Notes: a model not told the origin generated them from the letters alone. DNA of 64,000 nucleotides from Setoptus koraiensis (GCA_048013815.1 CM106586.1:23870001-23934000); one strand, 5' to 3'. Numbered from the stretch's first letter, positions 14,006-26,000 are shown. Numbers and translations are program-made.

Positions 14006-14975
14006 CACATGCAATTCGAATAGTATATTATCGAGAGGGTGTATAGACAAATCTCGACGAGATCAAATATCGACCATGCCATACAGCATGATCGACAGCA
14101 TTGTCGTGAAGCGTGGAATTGCGCGCCCAAAATGCACAATCGATCATGTCGCTCATCGCTGGGTGCGACATGAACACGATCGACGCGATTAGATAACGTG
14201 CCATTATTACATGGAGCCTGTAATGTTTTAGTGAGATAATTAAGCCATTTGTCTAGTAACATGCAAACCAATATCAAGTTGACACACTGTATGTTGTGAA
14301 TTATTTCAACAATTATTCCATCCAGTGTGCCCCAGAGAAATTGTTTGTTTAGACGTCATCATGTGCTTGCATCACAGTCAACAGTGTGTAGTGGTTGGTG
14401 TGTGTGTGTGTGCGTGAGTGTGTGTGTTTACCGATATTGGCCACATTGTGCCACACACAAGTGTACGCAACCTGTAGACTTGTGACTCTAGCTTAACACA
14501 GTTTGGGCTGGTGCCAGTGGACAGCCTGTATTTGGATCATCGTCTCCCATCTCATCTCCCATCTGAGCACACTACTGACAACTCGTGAGTAGGTGCAAGA
14601 GTCAAGGGAGATCGCTGGCTTTTAAACTGTTGCAAAAACAATCAACTGGCACACCAAAAATCAGACCATTTTTAAACAAAAATATTAACGCTCGACGAAT
14701 AGTCATTATCCTCTTGTGTCCTTAATTGGCGTCCACTCGATTACCTGCAACGTCTACAATTGTCATTGTAACATTATCATTACTGTTATTATCATTGTTG
14801 TTATTATTTCATCCATCACACACCAGGATACTCGAAATAAATACTTATTCGATCGAGCTAAAATAGATCGAAGCCACTCAAGATAAGACCATTACTAGGA
14901 GCAACTAAGAGGGCAACGAATAAATTCCATCACACTTGTTAATAGCATAATCTTGTATATGCACACGTTATCACC

Positions 14976-17147
14976 ATGTCCAACAAATCACTGCAAACTA
15001 TAGCGAAAGAGCTCCTACCCGATTGGCCCAGTGGACCTCTGGACGAGTACAGACGAAGGGCCACTTTTGATTGGAGAAAAATGAAAATTTTGTTTGAAGG
15101 CGAAAATGTTATTGCAACCAAGTTTAAAATCTGGAATATCCTTGAAAAGGACCCTCTATTCAATAGAAAACCATGGGAAGAATTATCAAGGGATCAATTC
15201 AGATTGTTGACATTCCAAAGAATGAAAAAATTGATTGAGTATGATTTTGTTAATGAAGACGATTTCATTAATGATCCATTGAAGGCGCCGGCCATCAGTC
15301 AGTGCCTGGGACAAATAGATTGGTCATTGGGAGTGAAAAGATTTATGTCGCACGATTATTTTATTGCTGCAAATCGTGGTGTTGGCTCGGCCAAACAAAT
15401 AGAATTCGGTGATGATATTAAAAACTTCAATGCTCTCGGTTGCTTCTCACTCACAGAGTTAGGCCACGGCTCAAATACACGAGGTATCAAAACTACGGCA
15501 ACATTTGATCCAAACACTCAAGAATTCATACTCAACACTCCCGATATTGAGGCCATTAAGTGCTGGTCAGGCGGAATGGGACAAACAGCCACACACGCAA
15601 TAGTATTCGCACAACTAAAAACACCCGACGGAGTTACTCACGGATTACACAGTTTTCTTGTGCCTATCAGAGATCCTAACACTCTTTTACCATACAATGG
15701 AGTTAAAATTGGTGACATGGGACCCAAAATTGGCCTCAACGGCGTTGATAATGGTTTACTTATTCTCGATAACTATCGCATACCAAAAGCAAATTTGCAG
15801 AATCGCAACGCAGATGTGTCCGCCGACGGCAAGTATATAAGCCGATTCAAGGACAAAAAGAAACGTATGGGTGCTAGTTTTGGAATTTTATCAGCCGGTC
15901 GAGTTGTTATCATCGGATGTGGCATAATGAACTTGGAAAAATGCCTCACAATAGCTATACGATATGCATGCGTTCGTCGTCAATTTGGCCCCGAGTCTTC
16001 TCAGGAAGATTCGAATGGCTTGAATCAATTGGCATCCAATGCAGAATGGCCAATAATCGAGTATCAGACACACCAGTGGAGATTACTACCTTACCTGGCG
16101 GCTTCTTATGTCTTCCACCATTACTACTTAACCCTATTTAATGATTACATAGACTTCTTTATCAAAGTCACATATACAGGCTCCTCACCCGATGAACTAT
16201 CCGATATGGGGGCAGAAATTCATGCCTTGGCATGTAGTGGGAAAGCTGCTGTCGGCTGGACCGTGCGTGATTGCGTCCAGGAATGTAGAGAAGCTTGCGG
16301 AGGCTTTGGATACTTAAAAATAGCCGGCTTTGGAGAAATGAGAGACGACCATGACAGTAATAATACATATGAAGGAGATAACAATGTTATTCTGCAACAA
16401 ACAGCAAACTATCTGATTAAATACTACAAAGATTCACAAAAGAAAACTAACACGTCTGCTGAATCAAGTGCAATAACTTCCCCGTATGGATCTATAGATT
16501 TTATCAATCGCATTGAACAGACCCTCAAGAGTTATCATATAAAATCAGAGGGACCAACAACTTTACAAGAGGCCGTCGATGCTTTCAAATTTCTAGTCTC
16601 CTTCTTACTAAAGCAGACTAATGATCGTCTCGATGAACAGATGGTGGCGAACGGTCAAGATTTGTTTGTTGCTCGAACAAAAACGCAGGTATACTACGCT
16701 AAAAGCTTGTCGTTATCCTTTTTTGAGATGGTAGTTTTGGACCGATTCAACAAATTTTGCATTGAAAATCAATCTTCGGTTGACGCCGAAATGAACAAAT
16801 TATTGTATCAGTTGGGACTTTTGTATGGCTTATGGTCCATGGAGAAGTGGTCGTCAGTATTTTTTGAGTCTGGTTGCATTAAATCCGGATCTTCGACACT
16901 AAAATCCATCCGTGATCGTATATTGAGTTTATGTGCTCAACTGAAGGACAATGCGCTAACTTTGACAGAGGTATTTTCTCCTCCAGACTGGGTCTTGAAT
17001 TCATCGCTGGGAATGTCAGACGGAAACGTTTACCAAAACTTATATGATGCTATGATCAACAGCAAAGAATGTTTTGATAGGCCTTCTTGGTACAAGGAAT
17101 TTACTGAGAAGAAACCAAGAATTGGATCGTTGAAACCAAAACTGTGA
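14976..17147 (+). CDS. ACOX3: Peroxisomal acyl-CoA oxidase 3 (pristanoyl-CoA oxidase type), single exon, 723 aa
   Basis: [19 protein letters not shown]-terminus, [59 protein letters not shown], and a C-terminal PKL (PTS1-like). Confidence 0.92.
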   Translation: MSNKSLQTIAKELLPDWPSGPLDEYRRRATFDWRKMKILFEGENVIATKFKIWNILEKDPLFNRKPWEELSRDQFRLLTFQRMKKLIEYDFVNEDDFINDPLKAPAISQCLGQIDWSLGVKRFMSHDYFIAANRGVGSAKQIEFGDDIKNFNALGCFSLTELGHGSNTRGIKTTATFDPNTQEFILNTPDIEAIKCWSGGMGQTATHAIVFAQLKTPDGVTHGLHSFLVPIRDPNTLLPYNGVKIGDMGPKIGLNGVDNGLLILDNYRIPKANLQNRNADVSADGKYISRFKDKKKRMGASFGILSAGRVVIIGCGIMNLEKCLTIAIRYACVRRQFGPESSQEDSNGLNQLASNAEWPIIEYQTHQWRLLPYLAASYVFHHYYLTLFNDYIDFFIKVTYTGSSPDELSDMGAEIHALACSGKAAVGWTVRDCVQECREACGGFGYLKIAGFGEMRDDHDSNNTYEGDNNVILQQTANYLIKYYKDSQKKTNTSAESSAITSPYGSIDFINRIEQTLKSYHIKSEGPTTLQEAVDAFKFLVSFLLKQTNDRLDEQMVANGQDLFVARTKTQVYYAKSLSLSFFEMVVLDRFNKFCIENQSSVDAEMNKLLYQLGLLYGLWSMEKWSSVFFESGCIKSGSSTLKSIRDRILSLCAQLKDNALTLTEVFSPPDWVLNSSLGMSDGNVYQNLYDAMINSKECFDRPSWYKEFTEKKPRIGSLKPKL

Positions 17148-17232
17148 GATTTTCAGGCCATCGATCATCTTTAAGAATCGTCAAGCTGTTACTAGTTGTC
17201 CAATTTGTGTACTTTTACCCATAGGCCGGCAA

Positions 17233-17460
17233 GAGATAAATTCAAAAACATTTTCGTTGAAAATATCCTTGACGGATAAACAGGCCAAGGACTTCCTCTC
17301 GAGGTTTTCGTTATCGTCTCGTCTTTTCAGAGTAAAAAGATTCAGTTTTGTTGAGTGCAGTATTACTAATGGTGTTTAAAGGGAAACTAGTTTTACTTCA
17401 CATGTATTCCACACTAAATTTCTTCCTTTTATGCGCGACATCTTCAAATTAACGTCCTCG
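17233..17460. repeat. Dispersed diverged element, copy A (others at ~20835 and ~21365)
   Basis: Shares AAACAGGCCAAGGA (17278) with 20888 and 21417. Shares AAGGGAAACTAGTT (17379) with 21509. Confidence 0.75.
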
Positions 17461-19226
17461 CGATACATCTGTTCTAGAGAATGAGAGAGCGAGACAGTGA
17501 GAGAGCGAGATAGAGCCAGAGAGAAACCTTCACCTTTACTGTATTAATAAACTAACGACAGTGACCGTTTGGCAGTGCACAATCTCGCAATGATCTTACG
17601 GACTTGTATGACAAAACCAAAAAACGATGAACAGATGCGCCACAAAGAATAATTTTATGGATGTATATTGAATGGGAAGAATCGTTTTGGAAGGAGGCGA
17701 GTTAAAAAAAGTGAGAAATATCTATTCAATATATCCATTATTAAAGCATAACTGTTACGCAATTGTTTTTTTACTTGAGTTTTTCCTTGTTGTTTTTTCT
17801 CGTTTGCCCGATCAACAACAATCGCATGACTGTCGTTGTCGTTTTTTCTTCTTTGTTGATTGAAATAAGTACGATACGAAATGCAAACAGGTTGTTGTTT
17901 GCAATGTCTTGTTGAAGAATGTTGTGGTGGTTGTTGTTCAAGTTCCAAAACCGGACGCACGCACTGGACAATGGACAAATCAATAGTTGTGCGGTTGGCC
18001 GAAGTGGACTTGTTGATTGTTGCCACAGAAACTGTTGTCGTTGTTGTTGTTCTGTGATTTTCTAATGCATACACTCCCAGTACAGAGAAAGAGAGTCAGC
18101 CAGACAGGGGGGGGGAGAGAGAGGAAGTAGATTGTTGATTTGAGTTGCGTAGGGGCCATCTGAGGAAAGATAAAAAGAAAAGAAGAGTATAAGTAGGAAC
18201 GAGGCATAATTATCAATGTTAGCTGATTGAGTCTTCACAGGGCTTAACTCAACTAAACTGTTCGATTGAGATTGGGGCAGTAAACAAAGGACGGACGAGA
18301 CAGTTGTTCGAATGGCTTTATCAAAAATCAATGGCCAGACTTGAGCAAACTCGATATGTCTGGCCCCCCTCGCCCGATTGACTTTTGCTTTTCGTCGATC
18401 ATCAACCATTTATGGAAAGTTCAACTAAATACAACAACTCTTTAGAACATTTGTACACACAGAAAATAAAAGACATTTGAGTCAACCCTTGTGTTAGAGT
18501 TTATGTGTTTATCAACGTCACACTTATGACTGTATTTGTCGTTGTTGTAGTTGCCGTTGATTTGTGGTTGTAGGAGAAAATTTTCTTTTGAGTGAGCTGT
18601 ATTTGTCAAGTATTAGAGCAATTGGTTTCGATTAGTGGCGATGGTCAATCTGTTGGCCACTGATTTTAGGTAGTAGTGCCAGCAACAACAAAAAGCAGCC
18701 ACAGCGGCGACAATAACAACGACAAGTGCTAGTGTTAGTGGCGATGGTCTTGCTCTTGGCGAATATCTTCAATGATACAGAAAACAGGAAAACTTGTAAA
18801 CCTTGACTTACTTGTTATTCACCCTGTCACCATGCGGCAAACTTGTGAAAAAGTTTGTGTGTGTGTATTTTTCATATTTCTTCTCTTGAAAATTCATCAT
18901 GAAGCTTCATGGCCTTGATTATTACATATGCTAATAAGTATTTCATGCAAGTATTCCTCGTATGCCGCACCGTTGTTGTTACAGGCATCAGTAGCTCGTC
19001 AACGTGAATTTCGATTGTTCAAGATTGTTAAACACTAACTAGAAATTACAGGCATTATTATTATCGCTAACACTCATTAACAGATGATTAGCGACAGTGT
19101 AAATCAATTACTTTATTAAGTTAATAGTGACAGCAAGACCAACACAGCAAGTGAACGACTAGTAAATTATTTACCATTATTACCAATCGCCACTTCAACA
19201 AAGACGATAATTAAATAATCTTCACA

Positions 19227-20168
19227 ATGACCAACATTCTAACGGAACGATTATACAACGGATTACATTATGTCACAATCGGTGTGTTTGACCAATTTGG
19301 TGACCCCAGAGTTTCACATTACAAGCTATTAAAGTCGCCATTCCCTGTTCTGATTGCCACTGCCATGTATTTGTGGTTTGTTAAGCGTGCTGGACCCAGA
19401 ATGATGAAAGATAAGAAACCTTACAATCTCTTACCACTAATTAGAGTCTACAATCTATTGATGGCCTCTTGGAATCTTATGGGCTTCGTAATAGCCTGTC
19501 ATCTAATGGATTATGGCCGTAACGCTATCGGTTGTGTACCAGTTGATTCAAATGACCGCAGCGAAAATAAACTCACTCAGATATATTATGGCTGGATGTT
19601 TCTAGTGTCAAGACTGATTGAGTTCGCCGATACAATATTCTTTGTGTTACGTAAGAAAGACCGTCAAATAAGTGGCTTTCATGTTTTTCATCATTCTATT
19701 GTACCATCAGTAGTTTGGGCATTTATGAAATTCACTCCGGGCGGTAATGCTGCCATATTCCCTTTTGTTAACACTCTGGTTCATACAATTATGTACAGTT
19801 ACTATTATCTGGCCACCTATGCTAAACTTCAACCATATCTGGGATGGAAAAAATACTTGACACAGATGCAAATAGTTCAATTTCTCATTATAATAGCCTG
19901 TTGTGTACATCCGACACTTATACCATCGTGCAAGACACCATATATTGTAACTTACATTGAAGTGGGATTCTCGATAATATTTATCGGTTTATTTACTGAT
20001 TTCTACCTGAGAAATTACAGAAAACAGCAACAACAAAAGTCGAAACTTGTCGAAGCAAGCCAGCAAGACGGAACCGCCACGTCAAACAATCACACAAACG
20101 AAATCAAATCATCGATTGCTACCGATAACGATTTTCCAGTAAATAATCGTTGTCGTAAAGTCCGGTGA
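19227..20168 (+). CDS. Very-long-chain fatty acid elongase (ELOVL1/7-like), copy 1, single exon, 313 aa
   Basis: GNS1/SUR4 family motifs: GPRMMK..KPY.L, EFADTIFFVLRKK, FHVFHH (HxxHH), NTLVHTIMYSYY, WKKYLTQMQIVQF. Confidence 0.93.
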   Translation: MTNILTERLYNGLHYVTIGVFDQFGDPRVSHYKLLKSPFPVLIATAMYLWFVKRAGPRMMKDKKPYNLLPLIRVYNLLMASWNLMGFVIACHLMDYGRNAIGCVPVDSNDRSENKLTQIYYGWMFLVSRLIEFADTIFFVLRKKDRQISGFHVFHHSIVPSVVWAFMKFTPGGNAAIFPFVNTLVHTIMYSYYYLATYAKLQPYLGWKKYLTQMQIVQFLIIIACCVHPTLIPSCKTPYIVTYIEVGFSIIFIGLFTDFYLRNYRKQQQQKSKLVEASQQDGTATSNNHTNEIKSSIATDNDFPVNNRCRKVR

Positions 20169-20264
20169 ATAGTACCGCTAATCAGTTAATTTTCCCATCT
20201 AAAAAAAAGTTTTGATTTGTATTTGTCTTTATGATCATAGATCATTGCACATAAACTATCGTTT

Positions 20265-21000
20265 AACAACAATATACATCCAAAGATCTCTCTCGCCGTC
20301 TCAAACTGAGAGGTCTCCACAAACTACCTGTCGTCAATATAAATCGGGGAAACACTGCTATGCTTATCTATCTTCTTCCATATGTCTTTCAACTCAGTTT
20401 CGAAGATTCGCCATCTTGATGGCTCTGTCTGAGGAATCGCTCGTATTCCTCACCGAGATTAGCTTCATCAATAGTTAGCGCATGTATAGTAGCAACGGAT
20501 ATTTAGTCAATCTTTAGAAGCAAGAGGCCGACAAATCTTTGGGTCACGCACTACCAATCAATTGTTGATTAGCTACTTGAGCTAGAAAATCACCCACTTT
20601 TGTGTCTCGTCGATTTACTTTGTTGTTAAACAATTGGGTATTTGTTGACTGACACAGGCAGAATGTGCAGGCAACTTTCACCAATCGACTCCCTATGTCG
20701 CCTTTGAAGATTTGCATCAAGAAAGTGAACCTATCAGTGGCTATTTGAAACGATCTTACTTAGCAGATAAGAGCACTATAAGAATCTGCTTATGTACCTG
20801 AGTAATGTCTCATGACAAGAGAAAACCATTCGCAGGTGACAAATTCAGAGTTCAGACAGTTTTTTTATGAAGTCATCCTTGACAGAAAAACAGGCCAAGG
20901 ATTTCCTCTTGAGGTTATCATCGCTGAAAAGAACCTGAAATAAGATCGTCGAAACCGAAACTGAGTGATCTTCACTGCATCATTTCTAAGAACTGTACGA
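20265..21000 (-). pseudogene. Decayed partial copy of the neighbouring RhoGEF (DH-PH region)
   Basis: Collinear similarity to 24255-24945, e.g. AACGGATATTTAGTCAATCTTT, CTACCAATCAATTGTTGATTAGCT, CTTGAGCTAGAAAATC, ACTTTTGTGTCTCGTCGA, GTATTTGTTGACTGACA, TGAGTAATGTCT and AGATCGTCGA. Deletions and frameshifts leave no open frame. Confidence 0.87.
20835..20930. repeat. Dispersed diverged element, copy B (inside the RhoGEF relic)
   Basis: GTGACAAATTCAGAGTTCAGACA...AAACAGGCCAAGGATTTC closely matches 21365-21435. Confidence 0.75.
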
Positions 21001-21364
21001 CATCTTATCTCCAATGCGAGTGAGAATATATAATCGAGTAATCATTAGCTCAACGAATCGAATTAAACTTACCGATGTTCCCTGCTGAAATTTCGAGGAG
21101 ATATTATGCAATCGAAATAAATCGCTCAAGGTATAGCGATTTTTTTGAATCTGCAACTACGTCAGATAGAATGAATAGAGGAAAAAATAATTAACATCAC
21201 GACAATGTTTGATCAGTTAAATGAGTTTAATCAGTCGCTAATATGGCATTGATGAGCTAAGTGTCTGAAGGATTACTACAAAAACTGGTCGAGCGACATT
21301 GTAGCATCTGCCACTCTGTCGAGCTGTGACTTATTTTAGCAATCAATTTGACTATCATTTATGC

Positions 21365-21590
21365 AAGTGACAAATTCAAAGTTCAGACATTTTTTTTCGG
21401 GGCATCGATGGCAGGAAAACAGGCCAAGGACTTCTGCTTAAGGTCATCTTGTCTTTTCGGAGTAGAAAGATTTCTCTCGGTTGAATATAGTCTTGCCACT
21501 AGTGTATCAAGGGAAACTAGTTCTGCATCATACTTGATTCTATCCATTTATGCACAGCATCTTCGAAATTGCATTATCGCTACATATTTG
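21365..21590. repeat. Dispersed diverged element, copy C
   Basis: GTGACAAATTCAAAGTTCAGACA...AAACAGGCCAAGGACTTC...AAGGGAAACTAGTT; collinear with copy A. Confidence 0.75.
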
Positions 21591-21916
21591 TTTTGGCCGT
21601 ATCGTTGTTGTCACTGGCACTAGTTGTTCAAATTGAACATTGGTCTTTCCAGATTATCAGACAAAAAGCAATAGCATCATTATCATTATTGTTAAGATCA
21701 GAGATTCATTCTTAGGTGATCAACGATAGTGCGAGGTAAGTTAAAAGCAATCAATGACAACAACACCGAGTAACAATTAAACGACGAATTAGTTTCGACA
21801 AAACAGATCATAACTTCAAACTTCAAAAAAACGACAGCAATCAAACGACAAATCAATCACAACAACAAAACAGATCCCAACTTAATCTTGACGACGACAA
21901 CTGAATAACTCTCACA

Positions 21917-23005
21917 ATGGCCAACATTCTAACGGAACAACTACATTATGTCACAATCGGCTTGTTTGACCAATTCGGCGACCCCAGAGTTGCACATTAT
22001 AAGATACTTCGGTCGCCATTCCCTGTTCTGATTGCCACTGCCATGTATTTGTGGTTTGTTAAGCGTGCTGGACCTAGAATGATGAAAAATAGGAAACCTT
22101 ACAATCTCTTTCCACTGATTAGAGTCTACAATCTAGCGATGGCCTCTTGGAATCTTATGGGCTTCGTAATAGCCTGTCATCTACTTGATTATGGCCGTAA
22201 CGCTATCGGTTGTGTACCAGTTGATTCAAATGACCTCAGTGAAAATGCACTCTTACAAATATATTACGGCTGGATGTTTCTAGTGTCAAGACTGATTGAG
22301 TTCGCCGATACAATATTCTTTGTGTTACGTAAGAAAGACCGTCAAATAAGTGGCTTTCATGTTTTTCATCATTCTGTTGTACCATCAGTAGTTTGGGCAT
22401 TTATGAAATTCACTCCGGGCGGTAATGCTGCCATATTCCCTTTTGTTAACACTCTGGTTCATACAATTATGTACAGTTACTATTATCTGGCCACCTATGC
22501 TAAACTTCAACCATATCTGGGATGGAAAAAATACTTGACACAGATGCAAATAGTTCAATTTCTCATTATAATAGCCTGTTGTGTACATCCGACACTTATA
22601 CCATCGTGCAAGACACCATATATTGTAGCTTACATTGAAGTGGGATTCTCGATAATATTTATCGGTTTATTTACTGATTTCTACCTGAGAAATTACAGAG
22701 AACAGCAACAACAAAAGTCGAAACTTGCCAAAACAAACCACACAAACGAAATCGAATCGTCAAGTGTTACAGATCGCATCATAGTAAACAATCGCCCACA
22801 TGAGAATAACGGTCTAAAATGCAAACAAAAGCATGAATCTGACTCAGCAACTAGTATGGCCAAGGATACCACCATGAGTTCAAGAAGTCTAGCTAAATCA
22901 ATAAACACAAAAGGTCATGCGTTTAACGACTTGACAACCCACGACAACGTCAAGACCCCCTTCTTTCAGTCCAAAAATCAAGAGGCAAAATTAAAAGGTA
23001 GTTGA
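21917..23005 (+). CDS. Very-long-chain fatty acid elongase (ELOVL1/7-like), copy 2, single exon, 362 aa
   Basis: Paralogue of 19227-20168 with the same motifs. It has a longer C-tail ending KLKGS (KxKxx ER-retrieval-like). Confidence 0.93.
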   Translation: MANILTEQLHYVTIGLFDQFGDPRVAHYKILRSPFPVLIATAMYLWFVKRAGPRMMKNRKPYNLFPLIRVYNLAMASWNLMGFVIACHLLDYGRNAIGCVPVDSNDLSENALLQIYYGWMFLVSRLIEFADTIFFVLRKKDRQISGFHVFHHSVVPSVVWAFMKFTPGGNAAIFPFVNTLVHTIMYSYYYLATYAKLQPYLGWKKYLTQMQIVQFLIIIACCVHPTLIPSCKTPYIVAYIEVGFSIIFIGLFTDFYLRNYREQQQQKSKLAKTNHTNEIESSSVTDRIIVNNRPHENNGLKCKQKHESDSATSMAKDTTMSSRSLAKSINTKGHAFNDLTTHDNVKTPFFQSKNQEAKLKGS

Positions 23006-23089
23006 TTCAAGAAATGCAGTATAATCAATATTATCAATAAAACTATCGTCCTTTAATAAATTTGTAGGGCAGATTATTTTTCGATTAGT

Positions 23090-26000
23090 TTAATCAGAGC
23101 CCTTTTTATCAGCGCTATTATTAATATTGCTTAGTTTTGATTGATCATTAATAGATCCTTTCAGGAATGAGTCTATATGGGTTCGTAACCCTACAATTGC
23201 CTCCCGGAGATTATTTGGTTTCATATTTGACTGTTCGAACTCGTTTTCAGACATCATTAGAGAGCTGACATTCATCGCACCAATAGCTAAATTTAACCAT
23301 TTTTCTCCAGATTGTTCGTCAACTGATAGCTTAGAAGGTAGATTTAAATCAAGTTTTGCGCAGTCTTTAGTTTCATTGAAACTCGCTTCAGAGACAGCGC
23401 TAGAATTATCCTTGATAGTCATGCTAGTGACCGCTATCAAAGCTAACTTTTGTTCCAAGAGATTCTTCAGATTTCTATCAATTAATTTCAATTTTTGTTG
23501 CACAGATACCATTCGCACAGATTCCCTTATGACAATTTCACATTTTTCTATCTTCGAAGGCATAATCAAAACATCATCCTCTCCAACATAACTTATAGTT
23601 CCTTCCATTTTTGTAGGGTGTGAAGAGTTCGACTCAGAGACGTTAGCTAACCTTCCCGAATCTGAACCTGCTCCGTTTTCAGTCTCGAAAATGTGATGAC
23701 CCGCCAGAGATTTTTCTTTTGATAGAAACTGAGACTGAGGTGCCTGTAGATTGATATCTTCGAGATCTGGTCGACTAGAATTATCCGAGCCGGATTTAGT
23801 GCTCGTGCTTTCATCTATGGAGAGAATAGAATGAAGTTCAAAAGTGAGAATTAATCTATATGTATAGGTTTGGGATGGTGTGTTGAAGGGCGAACTGATG
23901 CATCATGTGTAATAAACATGTTTTTTTTTTGGTGAAAACTCACATGATTGCCTCCTAGTATTTTTGGTCAGTTTCAATATTTGATTTTCAATAGTCCATT
24001 GGATCTTATCTCGCCATTTAGAACGATCATTGGGAGATAGTGCACCAAATTCATATATGCGAGAATCGTCTTTTTTCTTACAAAGTAGATAGAATCCATT
24101 TTCATCAGTTGCAGAATCGCGAGTCGTTAAATGCTCGTCTATCACAAATACTGGTGAATAAAACGGCTGACTAGTCGATTTTCCGTCTGGAAAAAAAGGT
24201 TTCAGTTTGTATTTGTCTTGGTGATCGCGGATCATAATGCACAAATAATCGTTCAGCAACAATACATATACATCAAAAGATCTCTTAGACAGCCTCAAAG
24301 TAAGAGGTCCCTCATGAACAAGTTGTTGCTTGCTAATGTCAATTATAGGGACACTGCTATGTTTATCCGTTTTCTTCCATATCTCTTTCAACTTAGTTTG
24401 AGAAGTAGCCATTTTGACAGCCTCGTTCACACGAATTAGTATTTGACGACTCTGGTGCAATGAGCGCCTGATAAATTCATGTTCTTCCCCGAAATTAGCT
24501 CCATCAATCATTGCCGTAGGTGTAGCCTTCAGTAGATTTTCCAGTAGTAACGGATATTTAGTCAATCTTTGGAAGCAAGAGGCCAACAAATCTTTGAGTC
24601 CCAGCCTACCAATCAATTGTTGATTAGCTGCTTGAGCTAGAAAATCGCCTACTTTTGTGTCTCGTCGACTAAGCTTGTTGAGCAATTCGGTATTTGTTGA
24701 CTGACATGAGCAGAACGTGCAAGCCGCTTTCTCCAATCGTTTCCCTATGTCACCTTCAAAAATTTGTACCAGAGCTGCACCTATGAGTGGCTCGTTGAAA
24801 CGATTATACTGGGTAGATAGGAGCACTTTATAAATCTGCTTGTGTATTCTGAGTAATGTCTTGTGGCAGGAAAATACCATTCTTAATTGCTCTTGACTCA
24901 CGAGTGATTCAGCCTTCATAGGTCTATAGAAGAGATCGTCGAGATGTTTCAGCCTCTCCGTATGTGCTTTTTCTGTCGACAACAATTCTCTTATAATCTC
25001 TTGCCGCCTATTACTTGGCCTGATTGGCATGTTAGCTTTTTCATTCTCGTCCGATGGAGTACTTCCGTTTGCTGGTAGTGAACTACTTGAGGAGGATTGT
25101 AACACTCTGTCACGTTTTGGAAATTTACTTTCTTCTTGATTTTTGTAAGCTGCGTTCGGTTTGTTCTTAGGACTACAAGTTTTCAACCTCTCCAAATGAC
25201 TATTCCAACAAGGAGCCTCGCTTACTTTTTTTAAACACGATTTGTGCGCCGAGGCTTCACATCGCGAACAAGTATAATGAACAGATTCTCCAAGTAGAAT
25301 ACCACAGCCCATACATCGAGGATCATGCACGCCAAAAATAAGATCAAATCTGTGTCCATTCATCGGTATTGTACCCGAAATCCTAGTACCCTTGCCACTA
25401 ACGAGTTGCTTTTGAGATTTTGGCTGAGAAACATTTTCTGACCGTTTCGCAACGGGCGACAACTTTGCATGCGCATTCAAATCGCTCGATGGGCTGGACA
25501 TGTAATTAGAATGCAGGGTAGTAGATATCGATAGAGGTGTCAGGTCAGCCAGAGTTGATGAAGAGACATTGAGATATTGCGAAACATCTATGTTACTATA
25601 GGTGGCCGGCAGCGACTTGTGTCGTTTGTGACTTGCTTGTAAGATTGAGCAAGGTGGTTGGATAAGATCAGATAGAGAAGATTCATGAGCCAGTTCCTCA
25701 CAAATATTGTATTTTCTGGTCTCATCTATTGAGCCGAGTAATGTGAGGGCAACAAATCTTAGGCAATCTTTTATCATTAGAACTACCTCTCTATGATCTA
25801 AATGTGTAACGAGTTGACCATTAACTTTGTGGATCTTATCAAATCTTCTGACACCGGCTCTCCAGGCAGCGCCATTTTCATAAACTTGCTCAACGAATAC
25901 GGGCGCCTGTCCTTTCACTCGCAATCCAAAGCCATTTTTGTCTCTGTGTATAATGACAGATTTTTCAAATAGTCGAGGTAACATTGGTTCTGTCTCCAGT

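Noticed and set aside
15658-16368. Small ORFs overlapping ACOX3, and equivalent shadow ORFs over ELOVL, RhoGEF, ZC3H18, TIM17, eIF1A, RFC5 and ICA69
   Set aside because: They are alternative-frame or antisense shadows of well-supported genes and show no motifs.
17655-18409. Minus-strand ORFs of 139 and 115 aa upstream of elongase 1
   Set aside because: Low-complexity (CAA/ACA-type) composition, no recognisable domain and no convincing splice structure.
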